DNA of 64,000 nt from Candidatus Latescibacterota bacterium (GCA_965219455.1 OZ244744.1:4032001-4096000); one strand, 5' to 3'; counted from the first letter of the stretch, positions 19,213 through 29,687 are shown. Notes: generated by a model from the sequence alone, not told the origin. Numbers and translations are program-made.

Positions 19213-20369
19213 AGATCATCGGCGCAACCTGCTTCGCCCTCAGGATTCCTTTCGTCGAGGCCTTCGGCCACAGTGCTTCCGTCCGGTCCCGCTCGGACTC
19301 AGTCGTCGTGCGCCTGACGGCCGACGACGGCACGGTGGGCTACGGCGAAGGCCTGCCGCGTCCATACGTGACGGGCGAGACCGTCGAGACCTGCGTCGAT
19401 CATATCGCGAAGTGCCTATGGCCAGCCATCGCGCAATTCGATTTTCCGGCGCTGACACCCGGCCCGGATTCCATCCGCGTCCTGGCCCCGGTGGACCGGG
19501 CATTGACCGATGGCGAAGCCAACGGCGTCGTCGCGTGGCACGCCGCGAGGGCGGCCTGCGAACTCGCCCTGATCGACGTCCTGTTGCAGCATCAGAAACT
19601 GTCTCTGGGAGAGATCCTGCGTCCGAAGCGGGGCGCCGTTACCTACAGCGGCGTGATTTCCGGGGGCTCTGTCGACAACGCGGTGCGGCTCGCGCGGGTC
19701 TGCACGGAATACGGGCTTCAGGCCATCAAGATCAAGATCGACGGTCAAGACGCGTGCGCGCGGGTGGCGGCCGTCCGGAAGGCGGTGGGACCGTCCGTCT
19801 CACTCAGAGTCGACGCGAACTGCGCCTACACGCCTGACGAAGCCGTCGCAACGCTTGCAGCCCTGGCGCCGTATGACATTGCCTGTGCCGAGCAACCCAT
19901 TCCCCGGGGCGCTCCGGCGGCGCTGGCGCACGTCCGGTCACGCTCTCCGATTCCGATCATGGCCGACGAATCGCTCGTGACCGTGGCCGACGCGGAGGCG
20001 CTGATCGCGGCGCGGGCATGCGATTTCTTTAATCTTCGCGTCTCCAAGTGCGGTGGGGTGGTCCGCACGCTGGAGATCGCCCGAATGGCCGTGCTTGCCG
20101 GACTTCGCCTGCAACTGGGTTGTCAGGTGGGGGAATCCGCGATCCTCTCGGCTGCGGGGAGGCACGTGGCCGCTCATCTGGACCGCGTGGCGTTCGTGGA
20201 AGGATCCTACGGAAGCATGTTGCTGGTTGAAGACGTGTCCGAAGAGCCGGTTACGTTCGGCCACGGGGGCAAGGCGCCGCTGCTTCTGGGTCCGGGTCTC
20301 GGTGTCGACGTGCGGGAAGGCGCCCTGCGCGCCCATGCGGAGGCCACGACGATTCTTGGTGAGGGATAG
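19209..20369 (+). CDS. Enolase superfamily (muconate cycloisomerase/epimerase-like)
   Basis: IKIK, VDAN, EQP, ADES, NLRVSKCGG; ATGA overlap with the HAD gene. Confidence 0.88.
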   Translation: MKIIGATCFALRIPFVEAFGHSASVRSRSDSVVVRLTADDGTVGYGEGLPRPYVTGETVETCVDHIAKCLWPAIAQFDFPALTPGPDSIRVLAPVDRALTDGEANGVVAWHAARAACELALIDVLLQHQKLSLGEILRPKRGAVTYSGVISGGSVDNAVRLARVCTEYGLQAIKIKIDGQDACARVAAVRKAVGPSVSLRVDANCAYTPDEAVATLAALAPYDIACAEQPIPRGAPAALAHVRSRSPIPIMADESLVTVADAEALIAARACDFFNLRVSKCGGVVRTLEIARMAVLAGLRLQLGCQVGESAILSAAGRHVAAHLDRVAFVEGSYGSMLLVEDVSEEPVTFGHGGKAPLLLGPGLGVDVREGALRAHAEATTILGEG

Positions 20370-20372
20370 ACC

Positions 20373-22049
20373 ATGGGAAAGCTCGTCAAGACGCTCATTC
20401 GGATGAAGGGATACGGGTTGGCCCGGAAACTCGACCGCGCGGCCGAACGTCCGCAGGCCGCGCAGAACACCTTTCTGCTCCGCCTGATAAAAGCCAACGC
20501 CAACACGGTGTTTGGAAAGGACCATGGTTTCGCCACGATCCGAACGGAAGCCGACTTCCGACGCCAGGTCCCAATCCGGGACTACGAAGGGCTGCGTCCC
20601 TACGTCAACCGGATCATCGCCGGCGAGCAGGCGGTTCTGACCTCGGCCGCCCCCGGTATGCTGAACATGACGAGCGGGACCACGGGCGAACCCAAGTACA
20701 TCCCGGTCACGCCCGAATCCATGCGGCGGGCGTCCAGTTTCTCCCTGGAGTGGATCTATCGTGCGCTTCAGGACCATCCCGCCTTCCTGGATGGCGCATT
20801 TGTCGGCATTGTCAGCCGGGCAATCGAGGGCCGCACCTCCTCCGGACTTCCATACGGCAGCGCGTCCGGGATGCTATACCAGCAAATCCCCGGGCCAATC
20901 CGCAGCACCTATGCCATTCCATACGCCGTTTCAGAGATTAAGGACTACGATCGCCGCTATTTCGTAGCCGCGCGACTGGCGCTTGCCAGGCGGGTTTCGT
21001 ACATTGCGACACCCAATCCCAGTACGCTCATCCGCCTGGCGGAAACCGCAATCAAAAACGAGGAGGCCATTGTTCGCGCGGTTCACGACGGCACGCCCGG
21101 CATCGATCTGCCGGACCAGCCCGAACTTGCGGGACAACTGTCCGCCCTCCTGAAACCGGAGCCGGGCCGCGCAGGGGTCCTCGCGGACGTGGTGAAACGG
21201 ACGGGGACGCTACTTCCCGCGGATTGCTGGCCGGAATTGAAACTCATCGGATGTTGGCTGGGAGGCAGCGTCGGCGTTCAGGCCCGGCGGCTGCCGGAAT
21301 ATTACGGCGACGCACCCATGCGCGACCTGGGCTTTCTGGCCAGCGAAGGACATTTCACCCTTCCGAACCGGGACCACACCGCCTCGGGCATTCTCTCGCT
21401 GAACGGAAATTACTACGAATTTCTCCCCGAGGCATCGCTGGATGACCCGAATCCACCGGTACTGTCCAGCCACCAACTGGAGTCCGGCGTGAACTACGCG
21501 ATTCTACTGACCACCCCCGGCGGTCTTTACCGATACGATATTCACGACATCGTCCAGGTGACCGGGTTCTACCGGAACGCCCCGTTGCTGGCCTTCATCC
21601 GCAAGGGCCGCGACATGACGAGCATCACGGGAGAGAAGATGCATGTGAACCATCTTCTCCTCGCGTTGGAGGAGGTCCGCCGCCGATATGACGTTTCGGT
21701 GGTCGAACAGTTCCGGGTGGTGGCGAATGTGCAGGCGCGCCGGTACGAAATCTATGCGGAGTTCAAGGGGGAGGTTGCGCGGGACCTGCTCAGAGACGAA
21801 GTGATTCCCCATCTGGATCGCGCGCTGGCAGGGGTCAACGTGGAGTATGCCGAGAAGCGACGCTCCCGAAGGCTGGCGCCGCCTTGTCTGCATCTGATGC
21901 GTCCGGGTTGGGCGGAAGACGAGGTTCTGCGCGCAGCGGGCGCAGGAAAGCGGGATATTCAGTACAAGTGGCGGATCCTATGCGCCGAACCCACCGGGGA
22001 GGACGCCGGCGCGATCCTGTACACGCTCGAGGCGGACGAAAAGAGGTAG
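20373..22049 (+). CDS. GH3-family acyl-acid amido synthetase (adenylating enzyme)
   Basis: VPIRDYE, MTSGTTGEPKYIP, FLASEG, GLYRYDIHD, ITGEKM. Confidence 0.9.
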   Translation: MGKLVKTLIRMKGYGLARKLDRAAERPQAAQNTFLLRLIKANANTVFGKDHGFATIRTEADFRRQVPIRDYEGLRPYVNRIIAGEQAVLTSAAPGMLNMTSGTTGEPKYIPVTPESMRRASSFSLEWIYRALQDHPAFLDGAFVGIVSRAIEGRTSSGLPYGSASGMLYQQIPGPIRSTYAIPYAVSEIKDYDRRYFVAARLALARRVSYIATPNPSTLIRLAETAIKNEEAIVRAVHDGTPGIDLPDQPELAGQLSALLKPEPGRAGVLADVVKRTGTLLPADCWPELKLIGCWLGGSVGVQARRLPEYYGDAPMRDLGFLASEGHFTLPNRDHTASGILSLNGNYYEFLPEASLDDPNPPVLSSHQLESGVNYAILLTTPGGLYRYDIHDIVQVTGFYRNAPLLAFIRKGRDMTSITGEKMHVNHLLLALEEVRRRYDVSVVEQFRVVANVQARRYEIYAEFKGEVARDLLRDEVIPHLDRALAGVNVEYAEKRRSRRLAPPCLHLMRPGWAEDEVLRAAGAGKRDIQYKWRILCAEPTGEDAGAILYTLEADEKR

Positions 22050-22163
22050 CGCGGGAGGGGTACGTTTCAGCGGGGCGCCACGCTGGCGACACGATACTTT
22101 CGCCAGCGGCTACACGAAGGTGATCCAGGAAGGGCGGGCGCGTGCGTCGTGGCCGGCTGACTT

Positions 22164-23525
22164 CTACTTGCGCCGGTGCACGGTCATCGGCATCCCGTGG
22201 AGCGGCCACGTCTTCACGTCCATGGATGGTTCAACGGGGTGGCCTGGAACAAGCTGAAGCCGATACTGCCGGGTCACCATCGCCAGAACCAGCGCGGCTT
22301 CGAGCATCGCGAAATTGGCGCCCAGGCAGATCCGGGGTCCCGCGCTGAAGGGCAGGTACGCGTAGCGGGAGCGTCGTTCCGTCTGCTCCGGGGTGAATCG
22401 TTCGGGGTCAAACGTCTCCGGATGCTCCCACAGCGCCGGGTGGCGTTGCGTGATATAGGGACTTACGAGCACGAGCGACCCTGCGAGGATCCGGTAACCG
22501 TCGATCTCGTCGTCGGCAGCGGCCTCACGCACGATCACTTTAATCGGGGGGTAGAGGCGCATCGTTTCCTGGAACACCATTCCGGCGTAGCTAAGCTGTT
22601 GGACAGTCGAAAGATCAGGCGGTTGTCCATTCAGTACCGAATGTTGCTCCTCCCACAGCCTTTCTGCCACCTGCCGATGTTGATCCAGCAGGTACCACGT
22701 CCAGGTGAGCGCGTGCATTGTTGTCTGATATCCCGCAACGAAGAGCGTTACCAGTTCGTCCCGCAGTTGCCGCCGGTCCATGCGTTCGCCCGTTTCCTCG
22801 TCGCGGGCGCACAACAGTACCGAGAGCAGATCCTCCTCCTCAGGATGGCCGCGACGCTCGTCGATTCGCTCGTCGATGTACCGGTGGATGGCGTTCAGGC
22901 ATTGCTTGAACCGGCGATTCGCGGGCGTGGGAACGAACATTGGCAGCGCAATCAAATCGGCGGAACGCCGGTCGATGAACCCGACGCAGTACTGGAACGC
23001 CTCGTCGATCCGCAACGTCTCTTCGTTCAGGTCCCTGCTGAACAGGAGACGAACGATGATGTTCCCCGTGAGGCGCGCCATCTCCTCGTCGACCTGAATC
23101 ACGCGTCCGCAATCCGCGAGAGGCTCCCATCGCGCAAGCATGTCGCGGATCGCGTTCACCATCACGTTCATGAACCGCATTGTGCCCCTGGGCGTGAAGA
23201 ACGGCTGCATGATCCGGTGCTGGCGCTCCCAGAGTTCTCCCTCGCTCGTTATCAGACCCTCGCCCAGCAGGAGCTTCTGGTCTTCGTAACCATAGCCTTT
23301 GAAATAGGTGCGCCTCCTGCGCACGAGCACGTGTTCGACGTGCTCCGGCCGGGTGACGAGGTGCACCGTCTTGCCCCTGATGTCGAGCCGGACGACGTCG
23401 CCGTACCTGGACCAGGCGTCCATCAGGTACCCGATCGGATCCTTACGGAACGGAAGGACGCAGCCCAGAAGCGGGAGCCCGCGTGGCCCGGGGGCGTGTG
23501 TCCTGACGGCGGTCGGATCACGCAT
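22164..23525 (-). CDS. Cytochrome P450
   Basis: ETMR (ExxR), FDPERF, heme motif FSAGPRICLG, I-helix AGYQTT. Confidence 0.95.
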   Translation of the reverse strand: MRDPTAVRTHAPGPRGLPLLGCVLPFRKDPIGYLMDAWSRYGDVVRLDIRGKTVHLVTRPEHVEHVLVRRRRTYFKGYGYEDQKLLLGEGLITSEGELWERQHRIMQPFFTPRGTMRFMNVMVNAIRDMLARWEPLADCGRVIQVDEEMARLTGNIIVRLLFSRDLNEETLRIDEAFQYCVGFIDRRSADLIALPMFVPTPANRRFKQCLNAIHRYIDERIDERRGHPEEEDLLSVLLCARDEETGERMDRRQLRDELVTLFVAGYQTTMHALTWTWYLLDQHRQVAERLWEEQHSVLNGQPPDLSTVQQLSYAGMVFQETMRLYPPIKVIVREAAADDEIDGYRILAGSLVLVSPYITQRHPALWEHPETFDPERFTPEQTERRSRYAYLPFSAGPRICLGANFAMLEAALVLAMVTRQYRLQLVPGHPVEPSMDVKTWPLHGMPMTVHRRK

Positions 23526-23603
23526 GATCTATTCGACCCTCGTGCAAGCTGCTCTGGCGGGGTACCGGTCTTCGATCCTGCCCATCCCCTGTGTCCACCG
23601 GGA

Positions 23604-24878
23604 TCACTTGGGAATTCCGGACGTCAGAATACGGGGGTTCGCGGCGGTGATGAGCACGTTGTCCTCAATGCGGACGCCGCCGACGGCCCGCCATGCCTCC
23701 AGTGCGTCCCAGTTGACCATTTCGTCAAAGCGTTCGCGTCGCTCGGGGTCGTCGAGCAAGGCGGGCACGAAGTAAATGCCGGGCTCGACGGTCATCAGGA
23801 ATTTTGCCTCCAGGGGCAGGTCCACGCGCATCCGGATACCGCAATAGACGCCGACCTCGCGCCCGGGCGCCAGGCCGCCGACATCCCGGACGCCAAGGCC
23901 GACCATGTGGCCGACGCCGTGGGGCAGGAAGAGAGAAATGGCGCCGCTGTCGAGGAGGTCGTCCGGATTTCCTCCCAGAATGCCCAGGTCCCGGAGACCC
24001 AGGGCGATCACACCGGCCGCGGCACAGTGTACTTCGTGCCACTCGACGCCTTCCCGGCACGCGGAAATGGCCTCCAGTTGAGCGGCAAGGACAAGGTCGT
24101 AGATGGCTTGCTGTCTGGGCGTGAAACGGTCTCCGGCGGGATAGGTGCGGGTGACGTCGGCCGCATAGCCTGAGATGGCCGCGCCAGCGTCGATGAGTAC
24201 CAGGTCGTCAGGTTCCACAATCCGGGCGCCGGGTTCGAAGTGGAGCACGGCCGCGTGGGTTCCCGCCCCGACGATGGTGTCGAAGGCGACGTCGTCGGCG
24301 CCGTGCCGGTACATTTCGGCTTCGAGTTCAACGCGGATGCGGCGTTCGCTGACGCCCGGACGGATGGTTTCGCGGGCTCTCGCGTGGCCGGCCGCGGTTG
24401 CTGCGGCCGCGCGTTTGATCAGGTCGATTTCGGCGCCGTCCTTGCGGCGGCGGGTTTCGTCGAGGGACGTCTGTAGCGTCGCCGCCCGTTGGAGATCGCT
24501 TTCTACATTGTCCACCGCGGCGCCAATAACCGCGACGGGGCGGCCTGAGCGTTGTTCCAGCCAGCCCGGGAGTTTGGCGACGTCCTCGCCTTCGACCGTT
24601 TCGACGCCGCCTTCCCACAGTCGTTCGTTCTGTGAAACCGGACGCACGAAGTGTTTCCAGCCATCCTGTGGATCGTAGACGAGCACGCCGCCCCAACGTC
24701 TCGAACCGGTGAGCCAGTAGTATTCGGGATAGGGGATGAACGGATAGGTCTGGTCCTGCCCCCCGGGAATTTGAACGGGATTCCCGGCTCCGAAGAGCAC
24801 GATCGGCGGTTCGTTTCCGAAGGCGCGGGAAGCGCGCAGCCGCCGGGGTTCCAGCACGTCGTTTTCAAAAACGGTCAT
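23604..24878 (-). CDS. Xaa-Pro aminopeptidase/dipeptidase (M24)
   Basis: LIDAG, YAADVTRT, HGVGHMVGL, TVEPGIYF, GVRIEDNV. Confidence 0.92.
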   Translation of the reverse strand: MTVFENDVLEPRRLRASRAFGNEPPIVLFGAGNPVQIPGGQDQTYPFIPYPEYYWLTGSRRWGGVLVYDPQDGWKHFVRPVSQNERLWEGGVETVEGEDVAKLPGWLEQRSGRPVAVIGAAVDNVESDLQRAATLQTSLDETRRRKDGAEIDLIKRAAAATAAGHARARETIRPGVSERRIRVELEAEMYRHGADDVAFDTIVGAGTHAAVLHFEPGARIVEPDDLVLIDAGAAISGYAADVTRTYPAGDRFTPRQQAIYDLVLAAQLEAISACREGVEWHEVHCAAAGVIALGLRDLGILGGNPDDLLDSGAISLFLPHGVGHMVGLGVRDVGGLAPGREVGVYCGIRMRVDLPLEAKFLMTVEPGIYFVPALLDDPERRERFDEMVNWDALEAWRAVGGVRIEDNVLITAANPRILTSGIPK

Positions 24879-24887
24879 GATATTTTC

Positions 24888-25664
24888 TCAGTTCACATTC
24901 GCGGATGCGGATTCGCGTTTGAAGATCAGGTTCTGAACGATGCCTTCCGTGTAGTCGACCGGGCTGGCGTTGGCGAGTGTGAATCCCCGTTTGAAGAAGG
25001 CCGTTTCGATTTTTCGGGCCATGTCATCGAACATGTAGACTTCGATAAGCACGGTTTTCAGCCTGGTATCTTCAAGCGTTCGGGATGCGCCGGCGACGAT
25101 CCTGTCTTCGATGCCGTCGACGTCGATTTTCACGTGGTTGGGAAACGGCAGGCCGAATCGACCGGTGAGATCGTCCAGCGACACGGCCACCGTCCCCTGG
25201 CGGTTCTGCGGCGCGAAGCGCACGGCGCCCTGCGTAACGGGTTCGCCCAGCGCATGGAGCGCGGCTCCCGGGGCGAAGGTCTTGGAGTAGAAGTGCTGGA
25301 TGGCCGTGAGATCCGATACGGCGATGGGATAGGCCGTGACAACCTCTCCAAGGTCGTTGAGCAGGATGTTCCTGTTCAATTTGGCCTGGTTCAGGGCTTC
25401 AGGTTCAAAGGCGAGGATCCGAGCCCGGCCCTCCAGTTTGCGAGCCGCATAAAGGGCGTATTGGCCGATATTCGCGCCAATGTCGTAGATCGTCTCGCCG
25501 GGCCGGAAACTGGTGTCGATCCAGTCCAGTGTATCGGGCTCTTTCTCATTGAACGTATTCGCCCGCCAGAGTTCGTGGTTGCGCGAGCCTTCGCTCCCAC
25601 CGTCTGCTTCAACGTCGATGAGGATGGCTTGTTCCCGCACGTTGCAGGTAATGGTTGTGCTCAA
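24888..25664 (-). CDS. FkbM-family methyltransferase
   Basis: YDIGANIG, AFEPE, HVKIDVDG; start placed at TTG after an AAGGA RBS (uncertain). Confidence 0.85.
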   Translation of the reverse strand: MSTTITCNVREQAILIDVEADGGSEGSRNHELWRANTFNEKEPDTLDWIDTSFRPGETIYDIGANIGQYALYAARKLEGRARILAFEPEALNQAKLNRNILLNDLGEVVTAYPIAVSDLTAIQHFYSKTFAPGAALHALGEPVTQGAVRFAPQNRQGTVAVSLDDLTGRFGLPFPNHVKIDVDGIEDRIVAGASRTLEDTRLKTVLIEVYMFDDMARKIETAFFKRGFTLANASPVDYTEGIVQNLIFKRESASANVN

Positions 25665-25767
25665 ATCCGAATCCTTTGCGAATACTGGCAAGACCGGCCA
25701 AGTGTGTAAAGATACTCTGTGAATGGCATTATGATAAGGAATCCAACCGATTATGCAAGGAGCGCGT

Positions 25768-26757
25768 ATGGGCAGGGCGTTTAGTGTGTACGGCATCGGC
25801 AATGCGCTGGTGGATATTCAGTTTAGGGTAACGCCCGATTTTCTCGCGACGGCCGGTGTTGAGAAGGGCGTGATGACGTTGATCGGAGAGGACCGGCATC
25901 ACGAACTCCTTGAACGTCTGGGCGATGACGTTTTGAAGCGTTCATCCGGCGGGTCGGCTGCGAATACCATGATCGGCGTGGCAAATCTGGGGGGAAAGGC
26001 ATATTATGCCTGTAAGGTGGCGAAGGATACGTACGGGGATTTTTATCTGCGGGATCTGGCGGCGGCTGGAGTGGCTTCCAACCGGTTTCAGGGCGAGGGA
26101 ATTACAGGCAAGTGCCTTGTCATGATCACGACCGACGCCGATCGCACGATGAATACGTACCTGGGCATAACCGGAACCTTCGGCGCGGAACAACTCGAGC
26201 CTGAGGTGATCGGGCAGAGCGACTATCTATATGTCGAAGGGTATCTGGTGGCGTCCGATGAGGGGTTCGACGCGGCGCAGGCTGCCCAGGCCAACGCACG
26301 CGAGCGGGGAACCCGGGTGTCGCTGTCGCTGAGCGACCCGCTCATTGTGGCCGCGTTCGGGGAACGGATGCGGACGCTGGTGGCCGGCGGGGTAGATATA
26401 CTGTTCTGCAATGAAGACGAAGCGCGGGCATTTACAGGAGCAGATGAAACCGATGATGCCTGCTGCGTTCTGGAAACAATGGTGGGCGGGTACGCGGTCA
26501 CCTGCGGGGCCGATGGCGCCATTGTGTGGGACGGAGGCGAACGGTTCCGCTCGCAGGGATTCAGCGTAGACGCGGTGGATACCAACGGCGCGGGGGATAT
26601 GTTCGCTGGGGCCTATTTGTTCGGAATCACCCATGGTTTCGACGCGTCCCGATCGGCAAAACTGGCGAATTACGCGTCGATGCGCGTGGTGGCGCAGTAC
26701 GGCCCGAGGCTGGAAGTGTCTCTCAGGGAGGAGATTGAGCAGATTCTGGTAATATAG
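25768..26757 (+). CDS. PfkB-family kinase (adenosine/inosine kinase-like)
   Basis: GIGNALVD, GGSAANT, RTMNTYLG, FCNEDE, DTNGAGDMFAG. Confidence 0.9.
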   Translation: MGRAFSVYGIGNALVDIQFRVTPDFLATAGVEKGVMTLIGEDRHHELLERLGDDVLKRSSGGSAANTMIGVANLGGKAYYACKVAKDTYGDFYLRDLAAAGVASNRFQGEGITGKCLVMITTDADRTMNTYLGITGTFGAEQLEPEVIGQSDYLYVEGYLVASDEGFDAAQAAQANARERGTRVSLSLSDPLIVAAFGERMRTLVAGGVDILFCNEDEARAFTGADETDDACCVLETMVGGYAVTCGADGAIVWDGGERFRSQGFSVDAVDTNGAGDMFAGAYLFGITHGFDASRSAKLANYASMRVVAQYGPRLEVSLREEIEQILVI

Positions 26758-26846
26758 ACGCGTGGGTCGTCCCGCGCGTCCAAGAGTTTCCTGCCCTGTC
26801 GATAAGAGCGGAGACTGTGAGAAGACCGCCTCGCCGGGGCTGTTTT

Positions 26847-28118
26847 CTATGGGCGCGCTTCCCGTGCCACGGAAGCGTTGCGAAAACCGCTGATAGCAAG
26901 CGTGATCACAATCACGCAAAGGACGGCGGTGGCGCACGTTAGCCCAACGGCGAATGGCGCGCCGAAGCGTTCCGCCAGCGCGCCCGCGCTCAGGCGGCCC
27001 GGGGGACCCGTGCCGATGGCGAGCACGATGCCGCCCATGGCGCGGCTGCGCATATCGTCCTGGGCGGAGAGCAGTACGATGGTACTCTGAAGAAGACCGA
27101 AGGCCGCGTGGCCGATGCCTGACAGGATGAGAAGGCCAAAGGAAAGATAGAAGTCGGCGGACATTGAAAATACAACCACGGCGGCGGCCATCAGAAACGA
27201 GCCGGCCGCGTAGAGCCAGCTTATACTGACATAGCGGCGGAGCCTGCTCACAATCCAGAGGCCGGCGAACGCGCCGACTCCGTTGGCGGAAGCCAGCACG
27301 CCGAAGCCGACAGGGCCCTGATCCAGGATATCCCGTGCAAACACCGGCAACAGGGTCTGGTAGGGAAAGACCAGGAAGTTCATTGTAATGGTAATGAGCG
27401 TAACACCCAGAATCACCGGATTGCGGCGGATATAGCGCAGCCCTTCCAACATTCGGGTCCAGTGAGATGCGTCCGTCGGCGTTCTTTCGAGAACGGGTTG
27501 TCTGGAGAGCCGCACAAGGATCAGTAGAGAAGCCAGGGCGATCCCGGTCAGAATCAAATAACAGCCAAGGGGTTCCAGGGTTGCGTAAAGGGCGCCGCTG
27601 GAAAAGGGCCCGGCAACCCGGGTGATGTTCTGGAAGATTCCTTCAAGGAGCATGGCGTCCATGGTTCGGGCTTTGCCGACCAGGTCCGGCAGCAACGACC
27701 TCCGGGCGGTCCAATCCGCCGCCCAGGTCGTACCCATGACCAGCGCCCCGACGGCCAGATGCCACACGGCCAGGCGGTCGGCGAGGATAATCAGGGCGAT
27801 CAGAAGGGATACGGCAAGGTTGACGGCCTGGGAGAAGATAATAATCTTCCGGCGGCCGAACCGGTCCGTGAGGGGTCCGGATACAAAGCCGACCAACAGC
27901 AGCGGGGCCATGCGGTAGAAACCGATAAGCGACACCTGCCAGGCCGAGTTGGTCAGTTCCAGGACCAGCCAGCCGGCCACGATGATTTCCATCCACATGA
28001 ACTGCCACCAGAGGGCGTTACTGGTCAGCAACCGGCGATAATCGGGGTTGTTCAGCGGCGCGAGGGCGCCGTGAAATCGGGGTGGGGTTTCGGAGGGTCG
28101 TTCGGATCGCTGGGACAT
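26847..28118 (-). CDS. MFS transporter (H+ antiporter-like)
   Basis: GPLTDRFGRRK motif A, about 12 hydrophobic segments, MRSRAMG. Confidence 0.88.
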   Translation of the reverse strand: MSQRSERPSETPPRFHGALAPLNNPDYRRLLTSNALWWQFMWMEIIVAGWLVLELTNSAWQVSLIGFYRMAPLLLVGFVSGPLTDRFGRRKIIIFSQAVNLAVSLLIALIILADRLAVWHLAVGALVMGTTWAADWTARRSLLPDLVGKARTMDAMLLEGIFQNITRVAGPFSSGALYATLEPLGCYLILTGIALASLLILVRLSRQPVLERTPTDASHWTRMLEGLRYIRRNPVILGVTLITITMNFLVFPYQTLLPVFARDILDQGPVGFGVLASANGVGAFAGLWIVSRLRRYVSISWLYAAGSFLMAAAVVVFSMSADFYLSFGLLILSGIGHAAFGLLQSTIVLLSAQDDMRSRAMGGIVLAIGTGPPGRLSAGALAERFGAPFAVGLTCATAVLCVIVITLAISGFRNASVAREARP

Positions 28119-28282
28119 GGACGATTCAGCTGACTTCAATGGAACACTTCGGAGCGGACCGGGAATTCAGTGACGAAGTGCGGAAGTATTTTAGGGTTAT
28201 TATATAGTCTGACTCATTCAGTGCGCCGTGAAAAGGCGCGGAATTTAAGTGGGTGCAAGACCCCCGAACACCGTTGCTCCAG

Positions 28283-28435
28283 CCTGCCTGCACGTTGCAC
28301 GCAAGCAGGCAGACCGGCACAATCCTTCAACATCATCCTGACTCTTAGCCGTCGACGTACACTATAATACCTCTCTCCCCGTGCCGGGGAGGGGTCGCCA
28401 TCCGGGGCGAGCTTGTCGAAGTAAGCCTGTCGAAG
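28283..28435. repeat. Cluster of short palindromic repeat remnants
   Basis: CTGCCTGC...GCAGGCAG inverted repeat (28284-28312) and tandem GAGCTTGTCGAAG / AAGCCTGTCGAAG (28409-28435). Confidence 0.5.
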
Positions 28436-28445
28436 CGCGTTTCCG

Positions 28446-29624
28446 CTACCCGCTCGTCCTTCCAAAGTTCCTGGCGAATGTCAGAAAGTCATTGAAATCC
28501 ACGTCGCCGTCCCCGTCGAAATCCCCAATCAGCCCGGTTGACGTGCCAGTGTCCCCAACGGGTGCCGCATCGGAAGACCAGCGGAGATTCCCATCGTTCC
28601 CCAGGGTTTCTGCGACTCCGTTGCGGTTCGCATCGACAAAGGCCCTGAACCTGCCCCCTTCAATACTCAGCACCCCAACGCCCGTCGAATCGGCCCCCAT
28701 GCCGACCACAACCCGCCCGGACGCATTCTTGAACCCGATGATACCGTGTCCGTTCTCATTCGCGCCCATTATTGAAACCGCATCGCCGTTCCGGTTGCCC
28801 GAGATGACCAGGCCGTCTCCGTCCGTGTCGACGGAGAAGCCCGCCGCCGGTCCTGATTTATTCCTGACATCCATCCATCCGTTGGCGTCCTCCGTCTCAT
28901 CCGCGCCAATCGCGGCAACGATTCCGCCGGCTGCATTCGAGATCCGAAGGGCGCCGTTACCATTGTTGTCAATACCGAATCCGGAAACCAGCTTGTCATC
29001 CGTGTTGAACACCGCAATCGCCGCGTCTCCGGCAGCATCAAAGGCGAGCGCGGCCGCCGAACCCGTTGCGCTCCTCGCGTCGATCCATCCATTGGCCTGT
29101 TCTGACGGATCAGCGCCCATGGCGGCCGCGACCTGGCCGGCCGCATTGAGGACTCCCAGGGTCCCATGTCCGTTTCCGTCAACGCCCACAACGGAAACCA
29201 CGGCGCCGTTTCTGTTCCCTATCACCAGCGAACCGTCTCCCGACTCTTCCGACCCGATGGCTGCGACGACCGCCCCGCTTGCATTTACAATGTGAAGCGT
29301 ACCCACACGCAAGGTGTCACCGGCATCGATGATTTGCTCGGGGGCAATCTTGCTCAGCCCATCGTTACCGGCCTCCGGTAACGGGAGGTCGGCCCGGTTC
29401 GGCGAAAGATCGCCGAACCGCACGTCGCCAGGGGTCGTGCCGTGTCGTAGGCTGAGCGAGGCCAGCTTTGCCGGAAGCATCCGGTTAAACCACTTTGATG
29501 CCTGGGTCAAAGCGGGCGACGCGTTGAAAAGGAATACAACGAGCAACCCTGCAATCGCCCGCTTCTGCCAGCGTAACTTATCTTCCAGCGCCTCCAGTTT
29601 TTGTCGTACATCGTCATGAGTCAT
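28446..29624 (-). CDS. Membrane-anchored or secreted beta-repeat protein with C-terminal dockerin/EF-hand-like motif
   Basis: Coiled-coil then hydrophobic stretch, Gly/Asn-rich repeats of about 23 aa, terminal GDFDGDGDVDFNDFLTFARNFG; GGAGG RBS. Confidence 0.75.
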   Translation of the reverse strand: MTHDDVRQKLEALEDKLRWQKRAIAGLLVVFLFNASPALTQASKWFNRMLPAKLASLSLRHGTTPGDVRFGDLSPNRADLPLPEAGNDGLSKIAPEQIIDAGDTLRVGTLHIVNASGAVVAAIGSEESGDGSLVIGNRNGAVVSVVGVDGNGHGTLGVLNAAGQVAAAMGADPSEQANGWIDARSATGSAAALAFDAAGDAAIAVFNTDDKLVSGFGIDNNGNGALRISNAAGGIVAAIGADETEDANGWMDVRNKSGPAAGFSVDTDGDGLVISGNRNGDAVSIMGANENGHGIIGFKNASGRVVVGMGADSTGVGVLSIEGGRFRAFVDANRNGVAETLGNDGNLRWSSDAAPVGDTGTSTGLIGDFDGDGDVDFNDFLTFARNFGRTSG

Positions 29625-29687
29625 TTGTTACCTCCGTCACGTGAATAAGTGAACTGGGTGAGACTATCCTGTCGCGTCATGCAAAGA

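Noticed and set aside
22176-24173. 665-aa plus-strand ORF
   Set aside because: Shadow of the P450 and M24 peptidase
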